From Chitinophagales bacterium (lineage in GTDB: Bacteria > Bacteroidota > Bacteroidia > Chitinophagales > UBA10324): a DNA stretch of 49,109 bases. The DNA lies in assembly GCA_039920305.1 (NCBI GenBank), contig JBDSEA010000083.1:1-49109 (forward strand), written 5' to 3'. A program made the translations under genes and the position numbers. Of this stretch, positions 46,130-49,109 are shown piece by piece. The notes under the pieces are model-generated. The model worked only from the letters and a program-made list of their open reading frames with translations. It was not told the DNA's origin and ran no database searches. Within the stretch, counting starts at the first letter, position 1. Each line of letters begins with the position of its first letter.

Positions 46130-48241
46130 ATGGTAAAGGGCATTCCACTGCTTGTATTCGTTTTACTGCATTGTAAGTTCTTACTTGCTCAATTGCCTGA
46201 GCAGGATTGTGAGCAGGCAATACCGGTCTGTCAGTCAACATATTTTCAGCAAAACTCTTATGTCGGCAGTGGTACGCAGCAGGAACTTACGTATCCGGGA
46301 AATACCAGTTGTTTGATGACCGGAGAACAAAATTCAGTATGGTACATTTTTACTGTTACCGGTGCCGGTGACCTGGAGATGCAGATTGCACCTAACTCCC
46401 CGGGTGATGATTATGACTGGGCTATTTACAACCTAACAGGAAGTGATTGCAGCGGGATTACAACAGGGGCGGCTCCGGAAGTACGATGCAACTATTCGGT
46501 AATCCCGGGTTCTACAGGTATGGCATTTCCGTATCTTCTTATCTCAGTTCCGCAAGGGGGCCCCAATCAATGCGCGCCGCTGCCTGTTTTGGTTGGCGAA
46601 ACCTATGTTCTTATCATCAATAATTTCGCAAATACCTTTCTTGGTTACACTCTTAATTTTACAGGCAATGCGGTTATTTACGACACCCTGCCACCCACCC
46701 CAGTCGCCCTTGAACCTTTTGCCTGTGAAGCCCCGGATACCCTGCATCTTACCCTTTCAGAACCCATCCTGTGTACATCGCTGGCGGCAAACGGGACGGA
46801 TTTTTATGTTACAGGTCCGTCGCCGGTAAATGTTTTGAGCGCCTTTGCGCCTGCATGCGGTTCCGGAAATTTTTTTACCGATGTGTACATTCAGCTTACA
46901 AGCCCTATAACATTTAATGGAAATTATGTGCTTCATTTTAAAAATGATAATATCAATTATGATGTGCTGCTGGATAATTGCGGAAATGAATTAAGCTTCC
47001 TTGATACTGTGCCATTTATTGTAAACCTTGCAAGTGCTCAATTTTCATATCAGCTTTATAACACCTGTAACGGCGATTCAGTGGTGTTTACTGATGCCTC
47101 GCAAGGTGACATAGTAAATTCCTGGGTATGGGATTTTGGAGATGGCACCGGAAGCAATCTTCAAAATCCGGATCATGTTTATTTGAATTCAGGAACATTT
47201 ACCATCAGCCTCGCAATCACTGACACCTCCGGTTGTTTCGACAAAGATTCACTTGTATTAACCACCTATATTCAGCCCCCGGTGGCTACATTAGCCGTTT
47301 CCGCAGGCCCCTATTGCGCAGGAATGCCTGTAAATTTTACAAGTGCCTCCACCGGTCAGGCTATAACTTATTCCTGGAATTTCGGAGGTTCTGGTACAAG
47401 CAATCTGGTTAATCCGTCGTTTATCTTCCCTGATGGCGGAACATATGTCGTGATTCTCACCGTAACAGATACTACCGGCTGTTTTGATACCGCGCAAATC
47501 ACACTCATAATTCTGCCTGAATTGATTGCAGATTTTTCGGTAAACCCTGCCTCAGTATGTGTCGGTGATACGGTTACACTTTCTGATGGTTCTCTGGGAA
47601 ATCCTACTTCATTTTTATGGTCAGGACCAGGAGTTGATGGCGATACGGCTACAACCGTAAAAACTTATTTTGATGCAAGCGGTATTTACACTTTCACTCT
47701 GTCCATCACTGGTTCTGTTTGCCCTTCTGATACAGTGGCGAAGGTGGTAAATGTCCATGATTATCCAATTGTTTTTCTTGGAAAGGATACCGCCATTTGC
47801 ATTGATGAATCCATTACCCTGGATGCCGGTAATCCTGCATTATATCATTTATGGAGCACTCAGGAAACTACCAGATTCATAACAATCAATGAAGTTCCAC
47901 AATTAGTATGGGTGCTTGTGGATGACAGCGGCTGTATAACCCTGGATACTATATTTGTTGATTCCTCATGCCCTTTCTATGTGCCGAATGCTTTTACACC
48001 GAATGGGGATGGGGTGAATGATATCTTTAACATCATTACAGACGGGAACCAGTCTTTCATCTTCTCCATCTATAACCGCTGGGGCCAGTTGCTTTTTCAA
48101 ACCACTGATCCTGGGCAGGGATGGGATGGAACCTACCAGGGAAAGCCAGAGGAGATGGGCGTTTATATTTATGAATTGCAAACCGTTTTCACCAATGGTG
48201 TAAAGCGTGTGAGAAAAGGAAATATTACGCTGATTTTATAG
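46130..48241 (+). CDS. Large secreted PKD-repeat protein with T9SS type-B (gliding-motility-associated) C-terminal domain
   Basis: ATG 46130 gives signal peptide MVKGIPLLVFVLLHCKFLLA. There are at least three PKD-like units (WDFGDGTGS..., WNFGGSGTS...). The C-terminal motif is VPNAFTPNGDGVNDIF...IYNRWGQLLF...GWDGTYQGK. The track start 46025 overlaps phhB. Confidence 0.85.
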   Translation: MVKGIPLLVFVLLHCKFLLAQLPEQDCEQAIPVCQSTYFQQNSYVGSGTQQELTYPGNTSCLMTGEQNSVWYIFTVTGAGDLEMQIAPNSPGDDYDWAIYNLTGSDCSGITTGAAPEVRCNYSVIPGSTGMAFPYLLISVPQGGPNQCAPLPVLVGETYVLIINNFANTFLGYTLNFTGNAVIYDTLPPTPVALEPFACEAPDTLHLTLSEPILCTSLAANGTDFYVTGPSPVNVLSAFAPACGSGNFFTDVYIQLTSPITFNGNYVLHFKNDNINYDVLLDNCGNELSFLDTVPFIVNLASAQFSYQLYNTCNGDSVVFTDASQGDIVNSWVWDFGDGTGSNLQNPDHVYLNSGTFTISLAITDTSGCFDKDSLVLTTYIQPPVATLAVSAGPYCAGMPVNFTSASTGQAITYSWNFGGSGTSNLVNPSFIFPDGGTYVVILTVTDTTGCFDTAQITLIILPELIADFSVNPASVCVGDTVTLSDGSLGNPTSFLWSGPGVDGDTATTVKTYFDASGIYTFTLSITGSVCPSDTVAKVVNVHDYPIVFLGKDTAICIDESITLDAGNPALYHLWSTQETTRFITINEVPQLVWVLVDDSGCITLDTIFVDSSCPFYVPNAFTPNGDGVNDIFNIITDGNQSFIFSIYNRWGQLLFQTTDPGQGWDGTYQGKPEEMGVYIYELQTVFTNGVKRVRKGNITLIL

Positions 48242-48377
48242 TTTTTATTGTGAATTATAGCTGAGGCTTACCGTGAACCGGTAAATAGTGCACAACCTGA
48301 ATTTTTGTGGTGCAAAACAATTTTTTTACACCCGTTATTTTATTTTCATTTTCGCCACACGATTGTAAGTTTCCTGA

Positions 48378-49022
48378 ATGCTCAAAAAATTTTTTCACCG
48401 TGATTTAACAGAAGCCGGATGCGATGAGGCAGGACGCGGATGTCTTGCAGGTCCGGTGTTCGCTGCCGCGGTGGTGCTGCCCAAAAAGTTTTTTCATCCG
48501 ATGCTAAATGATTCCAAGCAAATGACGGAAGAGCAGCGTGATGAATTACGACCAATCATTGAGAGGGAAGCTATAGCATGGGCAGTGGCACAAGTAAGCC
48601 ACAGAATGATTGACAGGATCAATATTCTGAGAGCTTCCATCCTTGCGATGCACAAAGCCCTTGATCAGCTTCATAAGTCCCCTCAGTTTATTCTGGTTGA
48701 TGGAAACCGGTTTAAAAAATACAGGCGCATTCCTCATGAATGTATTGTGGATGGTGATGCTAAATTCTCATCCATTGCGGCGGCAAGTGTACTTGCAAAA
48801 ACCCATCGTGATGAATTCATGAATCAGTTACATGAAAGCTTTCCGCATTATCACTGGAATCAAAATAAAGGATATGCAACAGAACTGCACAGGGCTCAGA
48901 TTATAGTCCATGGCGTTTGCGTGCATCACCGCAAATCATTCAGGCTATTACCGGAGGCAGCTCCGCCGGTTTTATTTCAGGAGCAGGCTACCTCCATTTC
49001 CGGTAACACTTACAGATCTTAA
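48378..49022 (+). CDS. rnhB: Ribonuclease HII
   Basis: GCDEAGRGCLAGPV active-site motif, DSKQMT motif and ILVDGN motif. Confidence 0.93.
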   Translation: MLKKFFHRDLTEAGCDEAGRGCLAGPVFAAAVVLPKKFFHPMLNDSKQMTEEQRDELRPIIEREAIAWAVAQVSHRMIDRINILRASILAMHKALDQLHKSPQFILVDGNRFKKYRRIPHECIVDGDAKFSSIAAASVLAKTHRDEFMNQLHESFPHYHWNQNKGYATELHRAQIIVHGVCVHHRKSFRLLPEAAPPVLFQEQATSISGNTYRS

Positions 49023-49109
49023 TTATTGCTAATAATATATTGAATTTATTTTTATAAAACTTCCGGACCCTGCTTTTATTTTAATTTAAAATTATGCCGC
49101 CAAATTGTA

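Noticed and set aside
49093-49109. ATG at 49093 opening a plus-strand frame at the right edge
   Set aside because: Only five codons are visible, which is too little to support a call.
1-49109. Search for CRISPR arrays, tRNA/rRNA genes, transposases, integrases, reverse transcriptases and known defence genes
   Set aside because: I saw no spaced direct-repeat arrays, no tRNA-like T-arm or acceptor patterns in the intergenic gaps, and no ORF with the corresponding catalytic motifs. This was a visual scan only and should be confirmed with tRNAscan-SE, Infernal and a defence-system finder.

Overview
This 49.1-kb chromosomal window most likely comes from a Bacteroidota genome. Supporting signs are five predicted T9SS cargo proteins (four type-A C-terminal sorting domains, one type-B gliding-motility CTD), a TTTG-N20-TAnnTTTG promoter, a long-form PurF and an IPExxxVDY-family gene. 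I call 38 protein-coding genes plus two pseudogenes. Most are housekeeping: dnaE, trxA, SUI1/YciH, recR, purF, dinB, rnhB, a pterin dehydratase, bcp and a cyclophilin PPIase. These are interspersed with envelope and secreted-protein genes. The largest gene is missing from the supplied ORF track. It is a minus-strand frame of at least 2896 codons (1..8689) encoding a cyclic beta-1,2-glucan synthase (GT84 + GH94 fusion) that runs off the left edge without a stop. By eye I found no rRNA, tRNA, CRISPR array, transposase, integrase or recognisable defence system. The only mobile or addiction-type element is a decayed higB/higA toxin-antitoxin pair (8770..9427). The best candidates for follow-up are: (1) divergent dinB and an XRE-HTH/S24 LexA-like repressor, separated by a nested 45-bp palindrome that carries a complete Bacteroidetes-type promoter. 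(2) A co-directional envelope cluster: a T9SS protein with a C-x4-CH motif, a lipoprotein with C-x7-CH, a YceI-like protein and a separately transcribed outer-membrane barrel, next to bcp. (3) A GT2 glycosyltransferase fused to a polyprenyl-phosphate glycosylphosphotransferase scaffold whose catalytic core is deleted. (4) An orphan pair of unusually enlarged ABC permeases. (5) A lysine-rich histone-H1-like gene inserted between dnaE and trxA. All family calls rest on motif recognition in the translated sequence; no database search was run.
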